From contig NZ_DATIDM010000161.1 in assembly GCF_035456225.1 (NCBI RefSeq), forward strand, positions 1,477 to 65,476: 64,000 nt of DNA. Direction: 5' to 3'. Positions 20,290-29,199 of this stretch are shown here, one piece after another. Numbering within the stretch: position 1 is the stretch's first letter; the number at the start of each line of letters is the position of its first letter. Below the pieces are notes generated by a model. It saw only the letters and a program-made list of their open reading frames with translations, was not told the DNA's origin and ran no database searches. The DNA is from Flavobacterium sp. (lineage in GTDB: Bacteria > Bacteroidota > Bacteroidia > Flavobacteriales > Flavobacteriaceae). The translations under genes and the position numbers were made by a program.

Positions 20290-21112
20290 AATTAGCAACG
20301 ATAGAATTTTTACACAAACATCTTATTTTTTTGAATTTATTTTGAAAGAGAAAACTTTGAAACGATAGCTAATTTAACTGCAAAAAACACATTCTTCACC
20401 AACCCAAGAGTCTTTTCTCAACAAATTCAACAGAATGTAACCAACCTTCAACCGACTCTGTTTCATCTTCAAAACATCAATCTCATTCAAATCCTATCTC
20501 TTTTTTGATGTGCAATCACTGACAATGCATCCAACAAGTATGTTTTCGAAACTTCACTTTTGCATTTAGTAAATAATAAATTTTGTCGCTATTGACCAAT
20601 CAAGGATATTGCGTGGAAATATATCTTTTTTCAATCTTCTTCAAAATAATCACGCTTTGAACAAAAGGATATTTTTAAGGTTTTTAGGAGTCTATTATTG
20701 TCCAGGGAATAATGCCCTTTCTTAAGCAGCTTCTTTAGTAACGTTTTACTACGATTTCACAAAATCTTATATAAAAAGAAAATTTTGGGTCTGTTAAATT
20801 TAAATGGAGCGCATAATAAAGAACAAACTGTCCGTTGGCGCAGGTTTAAAAACCGAGAAATATTTTCAATCATCATTCAATCATACCATAATCTTTCCTC
20901 CGCAAAACTATCCTCGAATCATTTTTTTAAGCCTTTTCTATCATTCTTAAAAAAAAACAAATTATTCAATATTTTAACAAAATATCATAAATATAACATT
21001 TTTAAACAATTTAGTTAATTTAACAATTAGAGGCTGTTTTTGTAATTTTTTTTCGTCATTTTTACAATAAGTTAACATTTAATCGGACATTTTTATCGTT
21101 TTATCTATAATT

Positions 21113-24100
21113 ATGTTATTTTATAAGGTTAACAATATTCATTCTTCCCTAACCAACAATGAAAAAAACATAAAAATTGTGAAACAAAATTACTCTACTA
21201 ACCGATTATTCAAACAGACGAACTGTTCTGTATTTGAAAACTCCGCTTGTTGCGAATCTTCTCATTCAAAAAACAAACTGGAGAAATCTATAGTTTTTTC
21301 CACTATTTTTTTATTGTTAAGTTTTTTTAGCTTTTCAAAGGAAACTAATTATGCCGCAACTACGCTTTCATCAATCAACATCGTATCTAAAGGCAAAACC
21401 ATTTCAGATGGTGACAAAACATTTCCTACTAATGGACACAAAGCATCATCTGTTAGAAACAGGACTGACAAAAAACCTAACAATGATCGTATTACACCCC
21501 CGACACCTCCAAATGATGACTGTTCAGGAGCAATTGCTTTAACTGTCAACGCCAGCTGTTCCTACACTACCTATACGAACGCAAGCGCTACTGCCAGCTC
21601 TGGAGTACCCGCACCGGGCTGTGCCTCTTATTCAGGTGGCGACGTATGGTTCAAATTCGTAGTGCCCGCAGGAGGCACAGTGACTGTAGACACACAAACA
21701 GGAGTAATGACAGACAGCGGTATGGCATGGTATACAGGCTCTTGTGGCTCATTAACCCTTTTGGAATGCGATGATGATGATAGCGCAAACGGAAACATGT
21801 CATCGATAACCCGAACCGGCTTAACTCCGGGAGCAACCATATGGGTCAGAGTGTGGGAATATGGTAACGACAACAACGGAACTTTCGGAATCTGTGCCAC
21901 CACTCCACCAGCTGCTCCAACGAATGATAATTGTTCAGGAGCTATTGCTTTAACTGTTAATACGAGTTGTTCCTATACTACCTATACAAACGCAGGTGCT
22001 ACAGCCAGTTCTGGAGCCCCTGCTCCAAGTTGCGCAAGTTATTCAGGAGGTGACGTATGGTTTTCAGCGGTAGTACCTGCTTCTGGAGAAGTAACAATAG
22101 ATACACAAACAGGTGTAATTTTAGATAGCGGAATTGCAATTTACACAGGCGCTTGCGGAACTTTGACTCAAATCGCTTGTGATGACGACAGTAGTGTTAA
22201 TGGTGCTATGTCCAGCGCAACAGTTACAGGATTAACCCCAGGAACTACTATTTACATTCGCGTATGGGAATATAGTAATGACAATAATGGAACTTTCGGT
22301 ATTTGTGCTTCAACACGTACATTATGTACAACTCCAACAGCACAACCTACATCTTTGGTTTTAACACAACCCTCCAACGGAACAATAAACGGTTCATTTA
22401 CTGCTGCATCTCCAGCACCATCTAACTATTTAGTTGTTTACAATACTACAGGAACACCGCCTACAGTTGCAAACGGAACAACATACGCTGTTGGTGGAGC
22501 AATTACAGGAGGAACAGTTGCAGACATCGATGCAAACACCACTTTCTCCGTTACCGGATTAAGCGGGAACATCACTTACTATTTCTTCATATATTCTTAC
22601 AACAACAATAGTTGTGCAGGAGGCCCATTATACTTAACAACATCGCCGTTAACAGGAAATGCAACAACCCCGGTTTTTTATTGCGCTTCTACCTCAACAA
22701 GTTCAACATACTATATAACCAACTTCTCCACAACATTGGGATCTACCAATATAACCAATAACGGATCTGGTTATTCTGCAACAGGCTATGGGAATTTCAC
22801 AGCACAAACGGTTACACAACAACAGTTTGCAAGTGTAAACTTCTCTATCGCGACTTTTAATGGAACAAATACTTACGGAATCAATATTTGGGTAGACTGG
22901 AATGACGATTTAGATTTTAATGATGCCGGAGAAAAAGTATATGCATCAGGCGCTTATGTAACTTCCGCCACCGGAACAATTACAGTTCCCGGTACAGCGC
23001 CTATAGGAAATCACAGAATGAGAGTAGTTGCCAATTACTTATCTACTGATCCAACCTCTTGTGGTGTAATTTCAAGCGGTGAAACCGAAGACTATACTTT
23101 CAGAGTAATAGCCAGTACCGCATGTACAACCCCAACATCTCAACCAAGTGCCTTGATACTAACACAACCTGCAAGCGGTTCAATCAACGGTTCATTTACT
23201 GCTGCAAGTCCTGCTCCAACAAACTATTTAGTAATTTACAATACAACTGGAGTAGCGCCTTCACCGGTAAACGGAACAACATATACTATTGGAGGAACAA
23301 TAGGCGCAGGCAATATAGTTGCTGATACAGACAACAATACGACCTTCTCATTGACAGGATTAACCGGAGGTGTGACTTATTATTTCTTTATTTTCTCAAA
23401 TAACGCCGTTTGTACTGGCGGGCCATTGTACCTTACAACATCACCAGCGACTGGCAATGCCGTAGTACCGTTTTATTACTGTATTGCAAACAACAGCTAC
23501 AGCACATCCTATTACATTAGCGGTATTACAACCACTGGAGGTGTTGCCAATATCTCAAACACTGGTACCAATTTTAGTCCTGGTGGTTATATCGACTATA
23601 CAGCAACGCAATATGTATCACAAAATGCTGGATTAAGTTTCAGTATTACAGCAACTCATCCATCCAGCACTTATGGATACACAGTATGGGTTGACTGGAA
23701 TAACGACGGTGATTTTTCAGATAGTGGAGAAAGCGTTCTAACGACCGGATACTTAAATTCACCTGCCTCGATAGGATCCGTTACCATTCCTGCCGGCACT
23801 CCGGTAGGTAATTACAGAATGAGAATCCGAAATGCCTATTTAAACAACCCTCCTCCTGCATGTGGCAGTCACGATTATGGCGAAACAGAAGACTACAGAA
23901 TAAGTTGTTTAGGCCCACTTCCTTGTTCAGGTAACCCTTCCGCTATAACGGTAACTGTAACTTCATTAACTACCGCAACAGTGAACTGGACAGCAGCAGT
24001 CCCAGCACCTGCAAATGGTTATCAATATTATTATTCAACAAGCAATACTGCACCAACAAGTGGCACAACTCCTTCAGGAACTACTATAGCTGGCGTAACA

Positions 24101-26950
24101 ACAGCAAACCTTACAGGATTAACATCAGGAGCAACCTACTACATTTGGGTGCGTTCAAATTGTGGTGGCGCATTAGGTCAGGGTGCTTGGGTAGGACCAA
24201 TAACTTTCTATGTTCCTAACTGTGCCATCGGAAATGGCTTAGGCACATCCTCTTTAGGATGTCCATCCGTTGTATCAGGCGGTTTAGGATTAAGCGGTGC
24301 AGATCCGGCAACAGTTACCTGTACATCAGCTTCAAACTGTGTGGATTTGGAAGCAACCTATTTACAATTAGGACAAACAACAAGTTATACGGCGCAAAGC
24401 ATAGCTTATGCTCCTCCATATCAGTATGGATGTTTGGCTAACCCGGTAAGTGTTAATACAGATGACATTTGGTCGCCTGTTATCAACCTTCCTTTCAACT
24501 TTTGCTTCTACGGATCAAACTACAACCAGTGTTTAATCGGTTCTAACGGGGTACTGTCGTTCGACCTGACCGGCAACACGTCAGGAGGATTTTCGAACTG
24601 GAGTTTTGCCAACGGTCTTCCTAACACATCACTGTTCAAAAACACTATTTTCGGTGTCTACCAAGACATTGATCCAAGCAAAGGAGGAGAAGTTGGCTGG
24701 GAATTGATTACTTTAAATTCAGGATGCAGGGCTTTAGTAGCTTCTTGGAAAGATATCCCTATGTTTTCAGCAGCTTGTAATTCCATGTTATATACCGGAA
24801 TGATGGTACTTTACGAAAACACCAACGTCATAGAAGTATACGTTCAGAGAAAAGACACCTGTTCTACCTGGAATGACGGAAATGCGATAATAGGGCTTCA
24901 AGATGCCTCAGGCACAATAGCAACTGCAGCACCAGGAAGAAATGGACTGGACACCGATTGGTCTACAACCAACGAAGCCTGGAGATTTGTTCCGTCGGGA
25001 ACATCTATCACTACAATAAAGTGGTATGAAGGTTCAGGAACAAGTGGACCTGTAGTGGGAACCACAAACACTATTAATGTTTGTCCGACAGCAACAACTA
25101 CCTATACTGCTGAAGTAACTTACACTTTGTGCAATGGTAGCACACTAAAAGAAACAGAAACAACTACAGTAACTATTTCCGGTAATAAAGTTTGGAATGG
25201 TTCTATTGACTCGGATTGGGCAAAGGCCAACAACTGGACACCATCAGGCGTACCAACTGCAACTGATTGTATTGTTATCCCTAACGTAACAAACGACCCT
25301 ATAATAAGCGGTTCAGGATACGTTGGTTTAGGATACAGTTTAATAATCAACAATGGTGGTCTTTTAACGGTAAATCCTAACAACAACCTTTCCATTGTAA
25401 ACGCAATAAACATTAGCGCGGGTGGCGACTTAATTTTAGAAGACGATGCAAGTTTAGTACAAACTAACAATGTTACAAACACCGGAACTGCTCATATTAA
25501 GAGAACATCTTCACCGATGTATAATCTGGATTACTCGTATTGGAACTCACCTGTAACCGTTGCATCCAATTTCCCTGTCGGAAATTTAACTTCAGGAACG
25601 AATTACATTTACCGCTATACACCAACGGTTGCCAATGGAAACGGAACCTGGACACAAGTTGCAACAACAACAGCCATGGATCCAACTTACGGTATTATTG
25701 CACGAGCTCCAAGCACATTCCCTTCATCAGGAACAAAACAAACTTATACTGTTAATTTTACAGGTACTCCGAACAACGGTAACATTCTGATGCCAATTAA
25801 AAAAGGAACCAATTTCAATATGGGAAGTACTGTTCCAGGGAATACAACAGTTATTTTAGATGCCGATGACGAATGGAATCTTATCGGTAACCCATATCCA
25901 TCAGCTATTGACGTTGTCTCTTTCTTAAACTTGGCAGCAAACACACCTATTATCGATGGTACTGTTTATTTATGGACCCACAACACGTTACCAAGTACTT
26001 CGGAAGTAGATCCTTTTTACGGAAATTACGCAGCTAATTATACGGTTAGTGACTATGCTACAGTGAATTATATGGGTTCAACAGCTACAGCGACTACCGG
26101 AGGAACTGCCCCTACTCGTTATATTGCATCGGGACAATCCTTCTTTGTCAGTGCTGATGATGCTATGGCGAATGGCACGACCCAAAATGTAACGTTCAAC
26201 AATAGCATGCGTGTAACCAACAACAACAATAATTTCTATCGTTCGGAGAATCCAAATAACAATTTTGACACCAACGGATTCAACAAACAGCGACTTTGGT
26301 TAAACTTATCGAACAACAACGGCGGTTTCAGTCAGATTCTTGTCGGTTATGCAGAAGGTGCCAGTTTATCATGGGACAGAGGTTTTGACGGTGAAGCATT
26401 GGCCGGAAATGCAGTTAAATTCTACTCTTTAGGAGCCAACAAACAACTAACCATTCAGGGACGTCCATGGCCATTTACCGATACTGATATAGTACCACTA
26501 GGATTTAAGGCTACTGCTCAAGGTAATTACTCCATTGGTATTGACCATTTGGATGATGAATTCGAAAATCAGACCATTTATCTTGAAGACAGGGAGTTAA
26601 ACATAATCCATGACTTAAAACTTGCCCGATACGACTTTACATCAGCAGCAGGAACCTTCGACAATCGATTCGTACTTCGCTATACTGAAAACAATTTAGG
26701 CACACAAGACAATTCGGTTCTTGAAAATTCAGTCGTAATTTATACGGATGAAAAACTTAAAGTTAATTCTACGATAGAATCAATTAAAGAAGTTGTCATT
26801 TACGACATATTGGGACGCCTGCTGGTAAACCAAAAACAGGTTAATTCAAATCAATTTACAGCAGCAACCTTATCTCCTACAAATTCAACTTTAGTTGTTA
26901 AGGTTATACTTGAGAATAATACAACGGTTACCAAAAAGGTAAACTATTAG
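21113..26950 (+). CDS. Giant (1945 aa) multi-domain T9SS-secreted surface protein, paralogous at its C-terminus to 14928
   Basis: Two tandem ~130-aa Cys-containing domains (NDxCSGAIALTVN...FGICA). Two tandem [Fn3-like + GEVED] units (GETEDYTF, GETEDYRI), one canonical Fn3, a NIDO-like region, then a 587-aa module collinear with 18486-20240. Start uncertain (ATG 21113 or GTG 21179). Confidence 0.9.
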   Translation: MLFYKVNNIHSSLTNNEKNIKIVKQNYSTNRLFKQTNCSVFENSACCESSHSKNKLEKSIVFSTIFLLLSFFSFSKETNYAATTLSSINIVSKGKTISDGDKTFPTNGHKASSVRNRTDKKPNNDRITPPTPPNDDCSGAIALTVNASCSYTTYTNASATASSGVPAPGCASYSGGDVWFKFVVPAGGTVTVDTQTGVMTDSGMAWYTGSCGSLTLLECDDDDSANGNMSSITRTGLTPGATIWVRVWEYGNDNNGTFGICATTPPAAPTNDNCSGAIALTVNTSCSYTTYTNAGATASSGAPAPSCASYSGGDVWFSAVVPASGEVTIDTQTGVILDSGIAIYTGACGTLTQIACDDDSSVNGAMSSATVTGLTPGTTIYIRVWEYSNDNNGTFGICASTRTLCTTPTAQPTSLVLTQPSNGTINGSFTAASPAPSNYLVVYNTTGTPPTVANGTTYAVGGAITGGTVADIDANTTFSVTGLSGNITYYFFIYSYNNNSCAGGPLYLTTSPLTGNATTPVFYCASTSTSSTYYITNFSTTLGSTNITNNGSGYSATGYGNFTAQTVTQQQFASVNFSIATFNGTNTYGINIWVDWNDDLDFNDAGEKVYASGAYVTSATGTITVPGTAPIGNHRMRVVANYLSTDPTSCGVISSGETEDYTFRVIASTACTTPTSQPSALILTQPASGSINGSFTAASPAPTNYLVIYNTTGVAPSPVNGTTYTIGGTIGAGNIVADTDNNTTFSLTGLTGGVTYYFFIFSNNAVCTGGPLYLTTSPATGNAVVPFYYCIANNSYSTSYYISGITTTGGVANISNTGTNFSPGGYIDYTATQYVSQNAGLSFSITATHPSSTYGYTVWVDWNNDGDFSDSGESVLTTGYLNSPASIGSVTIPAGTPVGNYRMRIRNAYLNNPPPACGSHDYGETEDYRISCLGPLPCSGNPSAITVTVTSLTTATVNWTAAVPAPANGYQYYYSTSNTAPTSGTTPSGTTIAGVTTANLTGLTSGATYYIWVRSNCGGALGQGAWVGPITFYVPNCAIGNGLGTSSLGCPSVVSGGLGLSGADPATVTCTSASNCVDLEATYLQLGQTTSYTAQSIAYAPPYQYGCLANPVSVNTDDIWSPVINLPFNFCFYGSNYNQCLIGSNGVLSFDLTGNTSGGFSNWSFANGLPNTSLFKNTIFGVYQDIDPSKGGEVGWELITLNSGCRALVASWKDIPMFSAACNSMLYTGMMVLYENTNVIEVYVQRKDTCSTWNDGNAIIGLQDASGTIATAAPGRNGLDTDWSTTNEAWRFVPSGTSITTIKWYEGSGTSGPVVGTTNTINVCPTATTTYTAEVTYTLCNGSTLKETETTTVTISGNKVWNGSIDSDWAKANNWTPSGVPTATDCIVIPNVTNDPIISGSGYVGLGYSLIINNGGLLTVNPNNNLSIVNAINISAGGDLILEDDASLVQTNNVTNTGTAHIKRTSSPMYNLDYSYWNSPVTVASNFPVGNLTSGTNYIYRYTPTVANGNGTWTQVATTTAMDPTYGIIARAPSTFPSSGTKQTYTVNFTGTPNNGNILMPIKKGTNFNMGSTVPGNTTVILDADDEWNLIGNPYPSAIDVVSFLNLAANTPIIDGTVYLWTHNTLPSTSEVDPFYGNYAANYTVSDYATVNYMGSTATATTGGTAPTRYIASGQSFFVSADDAMANGTTQNVTFNNSMRVTNNNNNFYRSENPNNNFDTNGFNKQRLWLNLSNNNGGFSQILVGYAEGASLSWDRGFDGEALAGNAVKFYSLGANKQLTIQGRPWPFTDTDIVPLGFKATAQGNYSIGIDHLDDEFENQTIYLEDRELNIIHDLKLARYDFTSAAGTFDNRFVLRYTENNLGTQDNSVLENSVVIYTDEKLKVNSTIESIKEVVIYDILGRLLVNQKQVNSNQFTAATLSPTNSTLVVKVILENNTTVTKKVNY
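21509..22312 (+). repeat. Intragenic tandem duplication (2 x ~390 bp) encoding the NDxCSGAIALTVN...FGICA domain
   Basis: Copy 1 at 21509-21898 and copy 2 at 21920-22312 are alignable at both DNA and protein level by eye. Confidence 0.85.
22325..23905 (+). repeat. Intragenic tandem duplication (2 x ~785 bp) encoding an Fn3-like + GEVED unit
   Basis: Both copies (22325-23110, 23123-23905) begin CTTPT(A/S)QP(T/S).L.LTQP..G.INGSFTAASPAP.NYLV.YNTTG and end GETEDY. Confidence 0.85.
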
Positions 26951-26972
26951 AATTGTCCCCCAACAATAGAAA

Positions 26973-26998
26973 AGGCCCTGTTTATCAGGGCTTTTTTT
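26973..26998 (+). terminator. Rho-independent terminator after the 1945-aa gene
   Basis: gccctg-tttat-cagggc hairpin plus T7 run. Confidence 0.75.
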
Positions 26999-27057
26999 AT
27001 ACTGAAAAGTTTTTGTATTTTTTTAACAATTGACATTGCATATGTTATAAAAACATT

Positions 27058-27065
27058 TATTTTTG
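27058..27065 (+). promoter_or_regulatory. TAnnTTTG -7 box (TATTTTTG)
   Basis: Exact consensus match 37 nt upstream of ATG 27103. Confidence 0.45.
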
Positions 27066-27102
27066 TACCGCCACTAAAATAACCCAAAAACTTGTTAAAA
27101 AA

Positions 27103-28974
27103 ATGAAGAATCTAAAAAAACTATTGTTAATTCTAACACTATCTGCGGTACCAAGTACAATCTCTGCCCAAGTAGGCGTTGGAACAACTACACCAAATGG
27201 AGCATTAGATGTAACATCAACTACTGATGGACTCTTAATTCCAAGAATCTCGTTATCAGCAACAAATATCGCAACAGTTACCACCCCAACAACCTCTGAA
27301 TTAGTATACAACACAAATACTTCCGCAGCAGGGCCAAATCAGGTAACTCCTGGTTTTTATTATTGGAACGGCGCTAGTTCGCTTTGGATCAGACTTGCCT
27401 CAGGAAACAATTCTAACTGGACAACAACAGGTAATTCAGCAACAGTTGCCGGAACAAACTTTATCGGAACTACAGACGCAGTTGATTTCGTCGGGAAAAC
27501 AAACGGAACAGAGCGTTTCAGAGTTTTAAGCACCGGAAATACCGGTTTTGGCACTACAACTCCTGCAAGTAGTTTATCCGTAGCGAGCAATGCCACCATA
27601 GGAGCAACATACGCCCCATCAAATGCAGCTCCGACAAATGGATTGCGAATTGAAGGACAGGCAGTAATCGGAAAAGCATCGGGCGAAGATGCAAGAGATA
27701 AATTCTCTGTCCACACATCCGCTTCTTCGTACAGCAACATTACCGGCTATCCAAGTGCTACCGGAAAAAGAGCCATCGCAGGATATTCTGATGCTGGAGG
27801 AATGGGAGTTTTAGGCTATTCTAACAGCTCTGGTTACGGAGTTGTCGGACTTACTCAAGCGGGGTCGATATCACCCTTTGTACAAACCGGAGAAGGAATT
27901 TTAGGACAAGCTGATGGTTCTGCTCTCGGCATTCCCATTGGAAACCATGGAATCATTGATGAAAGTACTGCAGGAAACTGGAAGGCCACAGGTATATTAG
28001 GAGAAAACAACAACATCGTTACCGGAGGTGGACTTCAAGGAGGGTCTTATAACGGAATAGGTACAGGTGTTGTAAGTGGTGTTTATGGAAATATTGGTTC
28101 CAGAGTCGCATCGGCAAGTACAAATGCCTATATGTTTGGAGTTGTTGGAGACATACTTACAGTAGGCGGAACAATACCGGATGGAACTGGCGGAGTTCTA
28201 GGGTTTGGTGGTTCAGGAAATATAGGAATGTTAGGTTACCGCGGATTGTCAGGAATCCTCTATAGTGTTTACGGCGGGGGCACAATTGGAAGCGTCGCAG
28301 CAGGAAACACCGGAAACAAAGGAACTTTCAACGAACCGAACAATCACGTAGGTTTGGGAATCAATGGTGGTTTTATGGGCGGGTTCGTAAAAGGAAACCA
28401 ATACGGTATGATGTCAAAAGGGGAAGAATTCGGGATGTATGTACAGGGAAATACGATTGTAAACCAACCTATCGTCCAGCTAACCGAAAGCAACAATACC
28501 GAAAGAACAGCAACATATTTTCCATCGTCAACTGAAGTGGATGTAACTACAAGAGGTATTGGAAAATTAAATAATGGTGAAGCCTTCATTTCTTTTAAAG
28601 AAGCTTTCAAAAACATTGTTTCGGACAAAGAACCAATTAACATCACAATTACACCTACTGGAGAAACCAACGGCGTATTTATCAGTAATGTTACCAAAGA
28701 AGGATTCTACGTAAAGGAAAACATGAAAGGCACTAGCAATGCAAATTTCAATTGGGTTGCTATAGGAACAAAAAAAGGTTTCGAAAATGGTGTGGAAATT
28801 TCAAAAACTATTTTAGCGAATGATTTCGATAAAAATATGGATGGCGTAATGAATAATGACGGATCTGGAAAAGAAGGCACGCCAGTTTATTTTGATGGTC
28901 AAAACGTGAAATTCGAAAGAATCCCTGAAGGATATATCAAAAATCAAAAAAAAGAAGCTCCTAAGAAAAAATAA
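27103..28974 (+). CDS. Secreted tail-fibre-like / beta-solenoid protein (623 aa)
   Basis: Signal peptide (TISAQ). N-terminal VG(V/I)GTTTP..ALDV module shared with the 29200 gene. Central Gly-rich (G)(V/I)(L/V)G repeat region and a Lys-rich tail; no T9SS CTD seen. Confidence 0.75.
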   Translation: MKNLKKLLLILTLSAVPSTISAQVGVGTTTPNGALDVTSTTDGLLIPRISLSATNIATVTTPTTSELVYNTNTSAAGPNQVTPGFYYWNGASSLWIRLASGNNSNWTTTGNSATVAGTNFIGTTDAVDFVGKTNGTERFRVLSTGNTGFGTTTPASSLSVASNATIGATYAPSNAAPTNGLRIEGQAVIGKASGEDARDKFSVHTSASSYSNITGYPSATGKRAIAGYSDAGGMGVLGYSNSSGYGVVGLTQAGSISPFVQTGEGILGQADGSALGIPIGNHGIIDESTAGNWKATGILGENNNIVTGGGLQGGSYNGIGTGVVSGVYGNIGSRVASASTNAYMFGVVGDILTVGGTIPDGTGGVLGFGGSGNIGMLGYRGLSGILYSVYGGGTIGSVAAGNTGNKGTFNEPNNHVGLGINGGFMGGFVKGNQYGMMSKGEEFGMYVQGNTIVNQPIVQLTESNNTERTATYFPSSTEVDVTTRGIGKLNNGEAFISFKEAFKNIVSDKEPINITITPTGETNGVFISNVTKEGFYVKENMKGTSNANFNWVAIGTKKGFENGVEISKTILANDFDKNMDGVMNNDGSGKEGTPVYFDGQNVKFERIPEGYIKNQKKEAPKKK

Positions 28975-29001
28975 ATCAAATATATTTCATTAATTTCCAG
29001 A

Positions 29002-29034
29002 AAGACCCTGCCATAAATTGCAGGGTCTTTTTAT
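29002..29034 (+). terminator. Rho-independent terminator after the 623-aa gene
   Basis: aagaccctgc-8 nt loop-gcagggtctt hairpin plus T-run. Confidence 0.85.
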
Positions 29035-29199
29035 TTCAAAAATCAAAAAAACAACGATTATCGATAACAAATTACCGTTTAACTATTTTTTAAGCGGAAA
29101 AGAAAGAGTCCGCAAAAAATGGCATAAATTTACTTTTCCAAAAACCCAAAAAAGCGTTTGTATCTCAAAAGTTTTTCACTAATTAAAAAAACAGAAGAT

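Noticed and set aside
20785-21018. 77-aa ORF in the spacer between the giant genes
   Set aside because: It uses an alternative start and is a very AT-rich, low-complexity sequence (KKNKLFNILTKYHKYNIFKQFS). It has no signal or domain features. It is treated as non-coding, although a decayed gene cannot be excluded.
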